The position numbers and the translations under genes are program-made. A DNA stretch of 24,000 nt, taken from positions 3,728,839 through 3,752,838 of the forward strand of contig NZ_CP119862.1 in assembly GCF_029338175.1 (NCBI RefSeq), given 5' to 3'. Below, in pieces: positions 9,566 through 18,942 of this stretch; the first letter of the stretch is position 1, and the number at the start of each line of letters is the position of its first letter. Source of the DNA: Citrobacter enshiensis. Lineage in GTDB: Bacteria; Pseudomonadota; Gammaproteobacteria; Enterobacterales; Enterobacteriaceae. The notes below the pieces were generated by a model that saw nothing but the letters and a program-made list of their open reading frames with translations, was not told the origin of the DNA and did no database searches.

Positions 9566-11452
9566 CTACTCCTCAATCGCCTGACGGATCTGCTCTAACG
9601 ACGCGGGATCGTCAATGGTCGTTAGATCGCCCGGATCGCGTCCTTCGCAAATGGCCTGGATCGTACGCCTGAGCATCTTCCCGGATCGCGTCTTCGGCAA
9701 CTGAGAAACAAACCAGACATGTGCCGGACGACCAAAATTGCCGATCTGACTGTCCACCAGCGCCATGATCGCTTTCTCTTCGCTGTGCGCCACATCGCGG
9801 TCTTCCAGACTGTCGCTCAGTTTGGGAATAACAAACGCGACCGCCACCTGCCCCTTCAGCGCATCTTTCACCCCCACCACCGCCACTTCTGCTACGTTCG
9901 GGTAGCTGGAGATACTCTCCTCGATTTCACGGGTGCCCAGACGGTGTCCGGCGACATTAATCACATCGTCCGTTCGCCCAAGGATAAAGTAATAGCCGTC
10001 GGCATCGCGAATCCCCCAGTCAAAGGTGGCGTAGACCGGGCGGGAGAAAAGCGACCAGTAGGTGTCCACAAAACGCCTGTCATTGCCCCAGATGGTCTGA
10101 ATACACCCCGGCGGCAGCGGCCCCTCAATGACCAGCATTCCCTTTTCGTTCGCCTGGCAGGGTTCGCCGGTCACCTCATTAAGCAACTGTACGTTGTAGC
10201 CATACATGGGGACACCGGGGCTGCCGAGGCGTGACGGCCTGTCGTCCAGTCCACGGGCAATCGCCATAATGGGCCAGCCGGACTCCGTCTGCCAGTAATT
10301 GTCGACAACCGGTACGCCTAACGTTTCAGTCACCCAACTGGCGGTCGGTTCGTCCAGCGGTTCGCCCGCCAGGTAGAGCACTTCCAGCGAGGAGAGATCG
10401 TGGTTGCGAATCTGCGCGGTCGGGAATTTCTTCAGCACACGAATGGCGGTCGGTGCGGAGAACATCCGACTAACCTGATATTTTTCGACGATTTTCCACC
10501 ACACACCGCAGTCCGGATACGTCGGCAGCCCTTCATAAACAACCGTTGCCATCCCCGCCAGCAGCGGCGCGTAAACAATGTAGGAGTGTCCGACCACCCA
10601 GCCGATATCCGAAGCGCAAAAAAAGACGCCGCCCGCTTTACCGCCAAAAATGGTGTCCATAGTGGTCGCCAGCGCCACCGCATACCCCCCAACGTCACGC
10701 TGTACCCCTTTCGGTTTTCCGGTGGTGCCCGAGGTATACAGAATGCAGGAAGTTTCGTTCGATTCCAGCCAGACGACAGGCACCTTCGCGCCGAGATGCT
10801 GCTGGCGAAGTGTCGCAAAATCACGATCGCGCCCCGGCACGCACGCCATTTTCGCCAACCCGCGATCCACCAGCAGGACATGGCGTGGCTGATGCTCTGC
10901 CTGCGCGATGGCCTCATCCAGCAGCTTTTTATACGGCAGGATTTTACCGCCCCGCGCCCCGGCATCGGCCGAGACAATCAGCACCGGTTTGGCATCGTCA
11001 ATGCGCGCCGCCACGCTGTGGGAGGCAAAGCCGCCGAACACCACCGAGTGAATCGCGCCAATACGCGCGCAGGCCAGCAAAGTAATGTGCGCCTCGGCAA
11101 TCATCGGCATATACACCAACACCCGATCGCCACGCTGTACGCCAAGCGACTGTAGCATCGACGCCACCACATTCACTTCGTCATACAACTGGCTGAAGGT
11201 GAACGTACGCTCTTCTTCGGTTTCTGATGAGACGGCAATCAACGCCAGCGCGTTGGGTTGCTTCGCCACCCAACGGTCAATGGCGTTATGACACAGATTG
11301 GTCGTGCCGCCGCAAAACCAGCGGGCAAACGGCGGATTGCTGTGGTCCAGCACCTGAGTAAAGGGCTGCTGCCAGTCAATACGCTGGGCCTGTTCGGCCC
11401 AGAATGATTCAGGTTGTTCGATAGAACGCTGATAAAACTCGCTAAAAGACAT
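9566..11452 (-). CDS. prpE: Propionate--CoA ligase PrpE (628 aa)
   Basis: ORF track 9566..11452 (-). It belongs to the acyl-CoA synthetase/AMP-forming family, with YTSGTTGKPKG (AMP motif) and the C-terminal PKTRSGKMLRR catalytic-lysine motif. It is the last gene of the prpBCDE cluster. Confidence 0.95.
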   Translation of the reverse strand: MSFSEFYQRSIEQPESFWAEQAQRIDWQQPFTQVLDHSNPPFARWFCGGTTNLCHNAIDRWVAKQPNALALIAVSSETEEERTFTFSQLYDEVNVVASMLQSLGVQRGDRVLVYMPMIAEAHITLLACARIGAIHSVVFGGFASHSVAARIDDAKPVLIVSADAGARGGKILPYKKLLDEAIAQAEHQPRHVLLVDRGLAKMACVPGRDRDFATLRQQHLGAKVPVVWLESNETSCILYTSGTTGKPKGVQRDVGGYAVALATTMDTIFGGKAGGVFFCASDIGWVVGHSYIVYAPLLAGMATVVYEGLPTYPDCGVWWKIVEKYQVSRMFSAPTAIRVLKKFPTAQIRNHDLSSLEVLYLAGEPLDEPTASWVTETLGVPVVDNYWQTESGWPIMAIARGLDDRPSRLGSPGVPMYGYNVQLLNEVTGEPCQANEKGMLVIEGPLPPGCIQTIWGNDRRFVDTYWSLFSRPVYATFDWGIRDADGYYFILGRTDDVINVAGHRLGTREIEESISSYPNVAEVAVVGVKDALKGQVAVAFVIPKLSDSLEDRDVAHSEEKAIMALVDSQIGNFGRPAHVWFVSQLPKTRSGKMLRRTIQAICEGRDPGDLTTIDDPASLEQIRQAIEE

Positions 11453-11490
11453 AATGCTCTCCTGTTGAACTTACGCCTTACTGCGCGTTG

Positions 11491-12942
11491 TTAGATCACG
11501 TACAGATCCAAATACTCATTAACGGGCATCTGCTCCAGGCGAGTTCTGTCCAGGGAGACTTCCAGGATGCGCTGCTGCTGACGGGTCGGGAACTGACGCG
11601 CCAGGTTGATTTTGAATTTATCGACCAGTTTTGGCATGCCGTCTTTACGACGACGCGCGTGACCGATCGGGTACTCCACCACCACCTCTTCAAAGCGCGA
11701 ACCGTCGGTAAATTCAAGGGTGATAGCGTTAGCGATAGCGCGTTTTTGCGGATCGTGATACTCAGCGGTAAAGGCCGGATCTTCAAAGCAGTTGATCTTC
11801 TCGCGCAGAGCGTCGATGCGTTTATCCTGGGCCACGCCGTCTTCATAGTCCGCCGCCGTTAAGCGCCCGAACAACAGTGGGATAGCCACCATATACTGGA
11901 TACAGTGGTCGCGGTCAGCCGGGTTATTCAACGGCCCTTTTTTGTCGATGATGCGAATACAGGCTTCATGAGTACGGATTGTCACCTTCTCGATGTCCGC
12001 AGCGGTTTTACCGGCGGCCTGCATTTGCGCATGGAGGGTCATTGCCGCTTCCACCGCCGTCTGCGAGTGGAATTCCGCCGGGAAGGAGATCTTGAACAGC
12101 ACATTCTCCATCACGTATGAGCCGTACGGACGCTGGAAGCGGAACGACTCGCCATTGAAAGAGACATCGTAAAAGCCCCAGGTTTTTGCCGTCAGCGCCG
12201 ACGGATAGCCCATCTCGCCGGTTTTCGCCATCAGCGCCAGACGGACCGCGCGAGACGTGGCATCCCCTGCCGCCCACGATTTACGCGTGCCGGTGTTCGG
12301 CGCATGGCGATAGGTGCGTAGCGATTGACCGTCAACCCACGCCAGTGACACCGCATTGAGGATTTCGTCGCGGGTCAGCCCCAGCATTTCGGCAACCACC
12401 GCGGTAGAGGCCACTTTCACCAACAGCACGTGATCCAGCCCGACGCGGTTGAAGGAGTTTTCCAGCGCAATACAGCCCTGAATTTCATGGGCTTTGATCA
12501 TGCCGGTCAGCACTTGCTTCATGGTCAACGGCGCTTTTCCGGCGGCGACCGCGTTACGCGAGAGCCAGTCAGCCGTCGCCAGAATGCCGCCGAGGTTGTC
12601 GGAAGGATGGCCCCACTCCGCCGCCAGCCAGGTATCGTTAAAGTCGAGCCAGCGGATCATCGCACCGATGTTAAAAGCGGCCTGTACCGGATCGAGCTGA
12701 AACTGGGTGCCCGGCACGCGAACGCCGTTGGGCACCACCGTGCCCGGCACCACCGGCCCCAGCAGTTTTTTACAGGCCGGATATTCCAGCGCTTCCAGGC
12801 CACAGCCTAATGTGTCGAGCAGACAGTAATGCGCGGTGTCATACGCCACCTTTGAGGTGATCTCGTAATTCATCACGTAATCAACGATATCAACGATTTC
12901 ACGGTCAAATTCCGGGCGGACATTCGAAATATGTGCAGACAT
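11491..12942 (-). CDS. prpD: 2-methylcitrate dehydratase PrpD (483 aa)
   Basis: ORF track 11491..12942 (-). It is MmgE/PrpD family, the same length as E. coli PrpD, with an AGGAAA SD 8 nt upstream of the ATG. Confidence 0.95.
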   Translation of the reverse strand: MSAHISNVRPEFDREIVDIVDYVMNYEITSKVAYDTAHYCLLDTLGCGLEALEYPACKKLLGPVVPGTVVPNGVRVPGTQFQLDPVQAAFNIGAMIRWLDFNDTWLAAEWGHPSDNLGGILATADWLSRNAVAAGKAPLTMKQVLTGMIKAHEIQGCIALENSFNRVGLDHVLLVKVASTAVVAEMLGLTRDEILNAVSLAWVDGQSLRTYRHAPNTGTRKSWAAGDATSRAVRLALMAKTGEMGYPSALTAKTWGFYDVSFNGESFRFQRPYGSYVMENVLFKISFPAEFHSQTAVEAAMTLHAQMQAAGKTAADIEKVTIRTHEACIRIIDKKGPLNNPADRDHCIQYMVAIPLLFGRLTAADYEDGVAQDKRIDALREKINCFEDPAFTAEYHDPQKRAIANAITLEFTDGSRFEEVVVEYPIGHARRRKDGMPKLVDKFKINLARQFPTRQQQRILEVSLDRTRLEQMPVNEYLDLYVI

Positions 12943-12960
12943 AGGGTACGTTTCCTTTTT

Positions 12961-13082
12961 ACCCTTCGTCTTTCAAGCTGCATCTGTCCTGGCTTCCTCG
13001 CTCACCCCAGTCACTTACTTGTGTAAGCTCCAGGGGATTCGCTGCGTCGCCGCCTTGATGCAACTCGAAATCCATTGGGTAA
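12961..13082. repeat. ERIC (enterobacterial repetitive intergenic consensus / IRU) element in the prpC-prpD intercistronic spacer
   Basis: 12999-13020 is the exact reverse complement (22/22) of the standard ERIC2 primer AAGTAAGTGACTGGGGTGAGCG. 13021-13042 (GTGTAAGCTCCAGGGGATTCGC) matches ERIC1R (ATGTAAGCTCCTGGGGATTCAC) at 19/22. Flanking imperfect inverted arms (TTCAAGCTGCAT / TTGATGCAACTCGAA) extend the element to about 120 bp. Confidence 0.8.
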
Positions 13083-13100
13083 CTATTTAGAGGTTATTAA

Positions 13101-14270
13101 TTAATTGCGTTCATCCAGTGGAACGAAGAGGCGATCTTCCGGGCCGGTGTAATTGGCGGAAGGACGGATAATTTTATTATCCTGGCGCTGTTCGATGATG
13201 TGCGCCGCCCAGCCGGTGACGCGGGCTATCACAAACAGCGGTGTAAACATTTCGGTCGGGACGCCCATCATGTTGTAGGAGACCGCCGAGAACCAGTCGA
13301 GATTCGGGAACATCTTTTTCGTTTCCCACATCACCTCCTCCAGACGGTCGGCGATGTTGTACATCTTCAACGACCCGCCTTCCTGAGAAAGCTGCTTCGC
13401 CACCGTCTTGATCACCTGATGACGCGGATCGGCGATGGTGTAGACCGGATGACCGAAACCAATCACCACCTCTTTGTTTTCCACGCGTTTACGGATGTCG
13501 GCCTCGGCCTCGTCCGGCGTTTCATAGCGCTGCTGAATTTCCAGCGACACTTCGTTCGCGCCGCCGTGTTTCGGGCCACGTAGTGCGCCAATCGCGCCAA
13601 TAATCGCCGAATAGACGTCGGAGCCTGTCCCTGCAATCACCCGGCTGGTAAAGGTGGAAGCATTGAACTCGTGCTCGGCATACAGCACCAGCGAGATGTG
13701 CATCGCCTTTTCCCAGCTTTTCGACGGTTTTTCACCGTGCAGCAGATGCAGAAAGTGCCCGCCAACCGAGTCATCGTCGGTTTCCGGCTGGATACGTTCG
13801 CCGTTGTGGCTGTAGTGATACCAGTAGAGAAGGATGGAACTGAGCGAGGCCAGCAGCTTGTCAGCGATGTCGCGAGCGCCGGAGACGGTGTGCCCCTCTT
13901 TTTCCGGCAGCGTACAGCCCAATGCGGAAACGCCCGTGCGCATAACGTCCATCGGGTGCGACGCCGCAGGCAGCGCTTCCAGCACGGTACGCACATTGGC
14001 AGGTAATCCGCGCAGCGCTTTTAATTTGATTTTATACGCCTGGAGTTCATCGCGGGTCGGCAGCTTGCCGTGAATCAGCAAATGCGCCACTTCTTCAAAT
14101 TCGCAATGCTGGGCCAGGTCGAGAATATCGTAGCCGCGATAGTGCAAATCGTTACCACTTTTACCGACAGTGCACAGCGCGGTATTTCCCGCCGCGACTC
14201 CAGAAAGGGCCACTGATTTTTTCGGTTTAATGACATGGGTATTATTTTGCAGGATCGTCGTGTCGCTCAT
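13101..14270 (-). CDS. prpC: 2-methylcitrate synthase PrpC (389 aa)
   Basis: ORF track 13101..14270 (-). It is citrate-synthase family (GFGHPVY, HGGANE motifs), the same length as E. coli PrpC, and sits between prpB and prpD. Confidence 0.95.
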   Translation of the reverse strand: MSDTTILQNNTHVIKPKKSVALSGVAAGNTALCTVGKSGNDLHYRGYDILDLAQHCEFEEVAHLLIHGKLPTRDELQAYKIKLKALRGLPANVRTVLEALPAASHPMDVMRTGVSALGCTLPEKEGHTVSGARDIADKLLASLSSILLYWYHYSHNGERIQPETDDDSVGGHFLHLLHGEKPSKSWEKAMHISLVLYAEHEFNASTFTSRVIAGTGSDVYSAIIGAIGALRGPKHGGANEVSLEIQQRYETPDEAEADIRKRVENKEVVIGFGHPVYTIADPRHQVIKTVAKQLSQEGGSLKMYNIADRLEEVMWETKKMFPNLDWFSAVSYNMMGVPTEMFTPLFVIARVTGWAAHIIEQRQDNKIIRPSANYTGPEDRLFVPLDERN

Positions 14271-14321
14271 AGTGTCCTCGTCATTTTTTTATATATGTAA
14301 GGTACAAATTCATCTTGTCGA

Positions 14322-14381
14322 CCGGATAAACGCAGTGCCATCCGGCATTGCCTGATGGCGGCTTCGCTTTATCAGGCCTAC
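14322..14381. repeat. BIME-like pair of REP elements between prpB and prpC
   Basis: REP-like palindrome 1 is CCGGATAAACGCAGTGCCATCCGG (14322-14345). REP 2 is GCCTGATGGCGGCTTCGCTTTATCAGGCCTAC (14350-14381). The GGCCTAC tail of REP 2 overlaps the prpB stop codon (14378-14380). Confidence 0.7.
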
Positions 14382-15265
14382 GAATTACGTTTGGCAAACA
14401 GCGCGTCGAGCTTCTCTTCGTACTGGTAGTAATTGATGCTCTCGTACAGTTCGTTACGCGTTTGCATAATGTCGATAACGTTCTTTTGCGTTCCTTCCTG
14501 GCGCAGCACGTTATAGACACGCTCGGCGGCGCGGTTCATTGCGCGAAACGCAGACAAGGGATAGAGCGCCATGGCGACGTTGGCGCTGCGCAGTTCATCA
14601 GTGGTAAACAGCGGTGTTGCGCCAAACTCGGTGATGTTAGCGAGGATAGGTACCTGTACCGCGTCGGCAAACTGGCGATACATTGAAAGCTCGGTGATCG
14701 CCTCCGGGAACACCATGTCGGCCCCGGCTTCAACGTACGCCCGGGCACGTTCGATAGCCGCATCCAGACCTTCGACCGCCAGCGCATCGGTACGCGCCAT
14801 GATGACAAAATCGGGATCGGTGCGGGCATCGACCGCCGCCCGGATCCTGTCCACCATCTCCTCTTTCGAGACAATGGCTTTATTGGGGCGATGACCACAA
14901 CGCTTGGCACCCACCTGATCTTCAATATGCAGAGCAGCGGCACCGGCTTTGATCATCGATTTCACCGTACGCGCAACGCTGAACGCTGAAGAGCCAAAAC
15001 CGATATCGGCATCCACCAGCAGCGGCAGCGGGCAAACGTCGGTAATACGGCGAATGTCGGTCAGCACATCATCCAGCGTGGAGATCCCCAGATCCGGCAG
15101 TCCCAGCGAACCGGCCGCGACACCGCCGCCAGAGAGATAAATCGCCTGATATCCGGCGCGCTGGGCCAGAAGAGCGTGATTCGCGTTGATGGTGCCGACT
15201 ATCTGCAATGGGTTTTCTTTGGTGAGCGCGGCGCGAAACGCCTGCCCCGGAGAATGTAGAGACAT
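14378..15265 (-). CDS. prpB: 2-methylisocitrate lyase PrpB (295 aa)
   Basis: ORF track 14378..15286 (-). The conserved protein starts at ATG 15265-15263 ([60 protein letters not shown]), matching the E. coli PrpB N-terminus. It belongs to the isocitrate lyase/PEP mutase superfamily (KRCGH motif). Confidence 0.93.
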   Translation of the reverse strand: MSLHSPGQAFRAALTKENPLQIVGTINANHALLAQRAGYQAIYLSGGGVAAGSLGLPDLGISTLDDVLTDIRRITDVCPLPLLVDADIGFGSSAFSVARTVKSMIKAGAAALHIEDQVGAKRCGHRPNKAIVSKEEMVDRIRAAVDARTDPDFVIMARTDALAVEGLDAAIERARAYVEAGADMVFPEAITELSMYRQFADAVQVPILANITEFGATPLFTTDELRSANVAMALYPLSAFRAMNRAAERVYNVLRQEGTQKNVIDIMQTRNELYESINYYQYEEKLDALFAKRNS

Positions 15266-15312
15266 ATTCCGTCCTTTTGTTATCAACTTGTTTCTTTGGT
15301 TGATTCACATAA

Positions 15313-15328
15313 AGCAAGGGCTATGCCA
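15313..15328 (-). promoter_or_regulatory. Sigma-54 (-24/-12) promoter of prpBCDE
   Basis: The reverse strand reads TGGCATAGCCCTTGCT, matching TGGCAC-N5-TTGCW with GG and GC at the canonical 10-bp separation. It lies about 50 nt upstream of the prpB ATG. prpBCDE is known to depend on RpoN and PrpR. Confidence 0.75.
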
Positions 15329-15426
15329 ACGCAGGCGGGAAGACAATCATTCTATTTTTATTCGTTTTAAAACAATAAATTAGATGTTTGAATGATATTC
15401 AAAGTGAAAAAATGCGTGCCAGTTAA

Positions 15427-15473
15427 CGTTTCATGAAACGCGTGCTGCTGTTTCATTGCAACATTTATGAAAC
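15427..15473. promoter_or_regulatory. Candidate PrpR enhancer (UAS): two dyads sharing GTTTCAT/ATGAAAC half-sites
   Basis: CGTTTCATGAAACG (15427-15440) is a perfect 14-bp palindrome. GTTTCAT-N10-ATGAAAC (15450-15473) reuses the same 7-bp half-sites. They lie about 100-160 bp upstream of the sigma-54 promoter, the usual distance for a bacterial enhancer-binding protein. Assignment to PrpR is inference. Confidence 0.55.
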
Positions 15474-15517
15474 AAGACTAAACCCAATACTCTGTTCCTT
15501 CATTTTTTTGGGCGACT

Positions 15518-17116
15518 ATGGCGGATACGCACCTTCCAACGCGGGTAAATAATGATGATAAACCGGTGATCTGGACGGTCTCGGTGACGCGCCTGTTCGA
15601 GCTGTTTCGCGACATCAGTCTCGAGTTCGATCACCAGGCGACCATCACCCCGATCCAGCTCGGCTTTGAAAAAGCCGTGACCTATATCCGCAAGAAGCTG
15701 GCTAGCGAACGCTGCGATGCGATTATCGCCGCGGGATCTAACGGCGCGTATTTGAAAAGTCGACTGTCCATTCCCGTGATCCTGATTAAACCCAGCGGCT
15801 TTGACGTCTTACAGGCGCTGGCGAAAGCAGGCAAGCTAACCTCTTCGATCGGCGTAGTGACCTATCAGGAGACGCTGCCAGCCCTGATGGCGTTCCAAAA
15901 AACCTTTAAGCTGCGCCTGGAACAACGCAGCTATATCACCGAAGAAGACGCGCGCGGGCAAATTAATGAACTGAAGGCAAATGGCACTGAAGCCGTGGTC
16001 GGCGCGGGGCTGATCACCGATCTGGCAGAAGAAGCGGGTATGACGGGGATCTTTATTTATTCGGCCGCCACCGTGCGTCAGGCTTTTAGCGACGCGCTGG
16101 ATATGACCCGTCTGACGCGGCGACAACACCGCCCGTACGCCTCTGAAAACGGGTTACGCACCCGTTATGAATTGGGCGATATGCGCGGTCATTCGCTGCA
16201 AATGGAGCAGGTTCGACACACGATTATGCTCTACGCCCGTTCCCGCGCGCCCGTTCTGATTCAGGGGGAAACGGGCACCGGGAAGGAGCTGGCAGCTCAG
16301 GCCATTCATCGCGAATATTTTACCCGTCAGGGCGGTCGCAGCGGCAGGCGTTCCCCGCCTTTTGTCGCCGTCAATTGCGGGGCGATTGCCGAATCCTTAC
16401 TCGAAGCGGAGTTGTTTGGTTACGAAGAGGGAGCCTTTACCGGTTCACGGCGCGGAGGACGTGCCGGACTGTTTGAGATAGCCCACGGCGGGACGCTGTT
16501 TCTGGATGAGATAGGCGAGATGCCCCTGCCGCTACAAACCCGGCTATTGCGCGTACTGGAAGAAAAAGAAGTGACGCGCGTCGGCGGCCACCAGCCCATC
16601 CCGGTGGATGTGCGGGTGATTAGCGCCACCCACTGCAATCTGGAACAGCAGATGAAACAGGGACAATTTCGTACCGATCTGTTTTATCGTCTCAGTATTT
16701 TGCGCCTGACGCTGCCCGCGCTACGTGAGCGCCATCCCGACATTGTGCCGCTGGCGGAAGGATTTTTAAAACAGTCGCTGGCCGCATTAGAGGCACCGTT
16801 TAGCGAATCGATACGCGAAGGCTTACAGCAAAGCCAGGCGATCCTGCTGCGTTATGGCTGGCCAGGGAATATTCGTGAGTTGCGCAATATGATGGAACGT
16901 CTGGCGCTTTTCTTAAGCGTTGAGCCGCAACCTGCGCTCGATGTCCATTTTCTACAGCGACTGTTACCGGAACTGACTGTCACAGACGAAGCGCCCTCCT
17001 CCCCCACATCTCTCACGGCGCAAGAGGTTCTCGCACAGTTTAACGGGGATAAAACCGCAGCAGCACGGTATCTGGGTGTGAGCAGAACAACATTCTGGCG
17101 GCGATTAAAAGAATAA
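15518..17116 (+). CDS. prpR: Propionate catabolism operon regulator PrpR (sigma-54-dependent activator, 532 aa)
   Basis: ORF track 15518..17116. The N-terminal PrpR sensor domain ([25 protein letters not shown]) parallels E. coli PrpR. It has an AAA+ sigma-54 interaction domain (GETGTGKE Walker A, GAFTG loop, DEIGEMP Walker B) and a C-terminal Fis-type HTH ([18 protein letters not shown]). Confidence 0.95.
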   Translation: MADTHLPTRVNNDDKPVIWTVSVTRLFELFRDISLEFDHQATITPIQLGFEKAVTYIRKKLASERCDAIIAAGSNGAYLKSRLSIPVILIKPSGFDVLQALAKAGKLTSSIGVVTYQETLPALMAFQKTFKLRLEQRSYITEEDARGQINELKANGTEAVVGAGLITDLAEEAGMTGIFIYSAATVRQAFSDALDMTRLTRRQHRPYASENGLRTRYELGDMRGHSLQMEQVRHTIMLYARSRAPVLIQGETGTGKELAAQAIHREYFTRQGGRSGRRSPPFVAVNCGAIAESLLEAELFGYEEGAFTGSRRGGRAGLFEIAHGGTLFLDEIGEMPLPLQTRLLRVLEEKEVTRVGGHQPIPVDVRVISATHCNLEQQMKQGQFRTDLFYRLSILRLTLPALRERHPDIVPLAEGFLKQSLAALEAPFSESIREGLQQSQAILLRYGWPGNIRELRNMMERLALFLSVEPQPALDVHFLQRLLPELTVTDEAPSSPTSLTAQEVLAQFNGDKTAAARYLGVSRTTFWRRLKE

Positions 17117-17141
17117 CCCGCCAGCGAAACCGGCGGGTTTT
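17116..17141 (+). terminator. Rho-independent terminator after prpR, possibly shared with the convergent yahO
   Basis: ACCCGCC-agcgaaacc-GGCGGGTTTT starts at the last base of the prpR TAA, with a 6-7-bp GC stem followed by a T-run. Confidence 0.7.
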
Positions 17142-17159
17142 GTATATCAGAGAAGCGCG

Positions 17160-17435
17160 TTATTTCTTTTTATAAATATTGGCGGTGCCATGGATTTTAT
17201 TATCCGTCTGGCCTGATGTAAGTACGACAACATCGGCACCTTGTTCATCTGCCTTCTTCAGCAGATCTTCCTTCGCATCAGAAGTAGAGACTTCGTTGCT
17301 CGTAGAAATGGTACCCACTTTGGTATACTGTGATTCTACTTTTTCAAACTCGACTTTCGTCATCAACTCAGCTGCATACGCATTTGAAACCACTAACGCC
17401 AACGCCCCAATCAATACTTTATATCCTGTCTTCAT
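17160..17435 (-). CDS. yahO: YahO, periplasmic DUF1471 (YhcN/BhsA-family) small stress protein (91 aa)
   Basis: ORF track 17160..17435 (-). The sequence [91 protein letters not shown] is near-colinear with E. coli YahO, has a signal peptide, and occupies the same position next to prpR. Confidence 0.9.
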   Translation of the reverse strand: MKTGYKVLIGALALVVSNAYAAELMTKVEFEKVESQYTKVGTISTSNEVSTSDAKEDLLKKADEQGADVVVLTSGQTDNKIHGTANIYKKK

Positions 17436-18111
17436 ATAAAAACTCCCATTTTTGTTATTACGCTATCATCACACATGAATGTTACGGCACCCTTCAAGGA
17501 TGATTAATAAGTAGTTCATGTCCTACAAAAAATCCAGCGCGAAAAGCAGTATAAATTGATTTTGCGTGGCGGCAGCGACAACCCCGCCTGCGCCAACGCC
17601 TGCCGGGCTAACGCCACCGCCAGAATCCGGATGACTTACAGCATGTTGAGACCAATATCACCCTGCGCTTCAGTGGCGGGCGGCAGCCATGCAACATCGG
17701 CATTCAGAATAATACAAACTCCGCCATAATATATTTGCAATTCTCTTAAAGAAGAGACCTATTATCTTAACTCTACGCTATTATGTCATTTTATTATTAT
17801 CAGCAAAACACAGAAACGGTGCTGGCGATATTATTTTATATTTTAAACACTCAAAAAAAACACCTGATATAAAAATCAATAGACCACCATTATCTGTTTA
17901 TCTACACACAGAATAAACGCCAGCCTTTTCTGATACAGCAAATACAGAAAGCGGTAAGGATCTTTTCAGCAGCTTCAACGTCGGGTGACGATCTGCAACC
18001 GTCATTCTTCCTGTCAGAATAACCTCACTTGTTTGTGATCCCTCTCTCACTCGCGCCGTTTTGCTACCAATAAGATGATGTTAATTCACCCATTATTCGG
18101 AAGTGTTACCT

Positions 18112-18744
18112 ATGGACCCCATCCACGCCGTTGTGCTCACCGTGAGCCTGTTCGTGTTAACGTTTTTTAACCCTGGTGCGAATCTCTTTGTGGTGGTGCA
18201 AACCAGTCTGGCATCCGGTCGGCGGGCTGGCGTATTGACCGGTCTGGGCGTGGCGTTGGGAGATGCGTTTTATTCCGGTCTTGGGTTATTCGGTATGGCA
18301 ACATTGATTACCCAATGCGAGGAGCTATTTTCAATTATCAAAATCGTCGGCGGGGCCTACCTGCTGTGGTTTGCATGGAACAGTATTCGCCACCAGGCGA
18401 CGCCGCAAATGTCCGCCCTTTCGCAACCGATTTCCGCCCCGTGGTATGTCTTTTTTCGCCGTGGGCTAATCACCGATCTCTCCAATCCACAGACCGTATT
18501 GTTTTTTATCAGTATTTTTTCTGTAACGTTGAGCGCAGAAACACCGACATGGGCCAGGCTGATGGCCTGGGCTGGCATTGTGCTCTCCTCCGTTATCTGG
18601 CGAATTTTCCTCAGTCAGGCTTTTTCTCTGCCAGCGGTTCGTCGCGGTTATGCGCGGGTTAATCGCGTCGCCAGTCGCGTTATCGGCGCCATTATTGGTG
18701 CTTTCGCCCTCAAACTCATTTACGAGGGCGTTACGCACCGGTAA
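18112..18744 (+). CDS. yahN: LysE/RhtB-family amino-acid exporter YahN homologue (210 aa)
   Basis: ORF track 18103..18744 with a GTG start. ATG 18112 (GGAAG 8 nt upstream) gives MDPIHAVVLTVSLFVLTFFNPGANLFVVVQTSLASGRRAGVLTGLGVALGDAFYSGLGLFG, closely parallel to E. coli YahN, with the same synteny next to yahO. Confidence 0.85.
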   Translation: MDPIHAVVLTVSLFVLTFFNPGANLFVVVQTSLASGRRAGVLTGLGVALGDAFYSGLGLFGMATLITQCEELFSIIKIVGGAYLLWFAWNSIRHQATPQMSALSQPISAPWYVFFRRGLITDLSNPQTVLFFISIFSVTLSAETPTWARLMAWAGIVLSSVIWRIFLSQAFSLPAVRRGYARVNRVASRVIGAIIGAFALKLIYEGVTHR

Positions 18745-18942
18745 TTCATCCTCATCGTCAGATGAAAAAAATCTACAGCCCCCCTGCTTCGCTGACATCC
18801 TCTATAATTTCAGTGAAGTGCATAAGCGTTAGACAATGAGTGCCTCAGCGCGCCCTGGCCTCACTCTTTAGCTTGACCATCGCACTGAAATTCCTCGTAA
18901 TATCCACCCAACTCTTTAATGGTATTTACATTCGGCGGAAAG

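Noticed and set aside
10400-11155. 251-aa plus-strand ORF inside prpE, plus 171-aa ORF at 9719-10234
   Set aside because: They are antisense to the well-supported prpE gene and have Arg/His/Pro-rich nonsense composition.
15387-15403. TTTGAAT-GAT-ATTCAAA dyad considered as a CRP site
   Set aside because: The half-sites (TTTGA/TCAAA) are separated by 7 rather than 6 bp and lack the TGTGA core, so it is not a canonical CRP site. It is kept only as an unassigned palindrome in the findings.
17179-17439. 86-aa plus-strand ORF overlapping yahO
   Set aside because: It is the antisense frame of yahO, which has a convincing signal peptide and a near-colinear match to E. coli YahO.
17783-17872. 29-codon ORF MSFYYYQQNTETVLAILFYILNTQKKHLI in the yahO-yahN spacer (possible small membrane protein)
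   Set aside because: It has no Shine-Dalgarno sequence, lies in A/T-rich DNA where such ORFs arise by chance, and has no recognisable homology. It is only worth revisiting if ribosome-profiling data exist.
18745-18770. Hairpin TTCATC-N10-GATGAA after the yahN stop, considered as a terminator
   Set aside because: It is followed by an A-run rather than a T-run on the plus strand, and on the minus strand the T-run precedes the stem. The stem is a short A/T-rich 6 bp, so this is not a credible intrinsic terminator.
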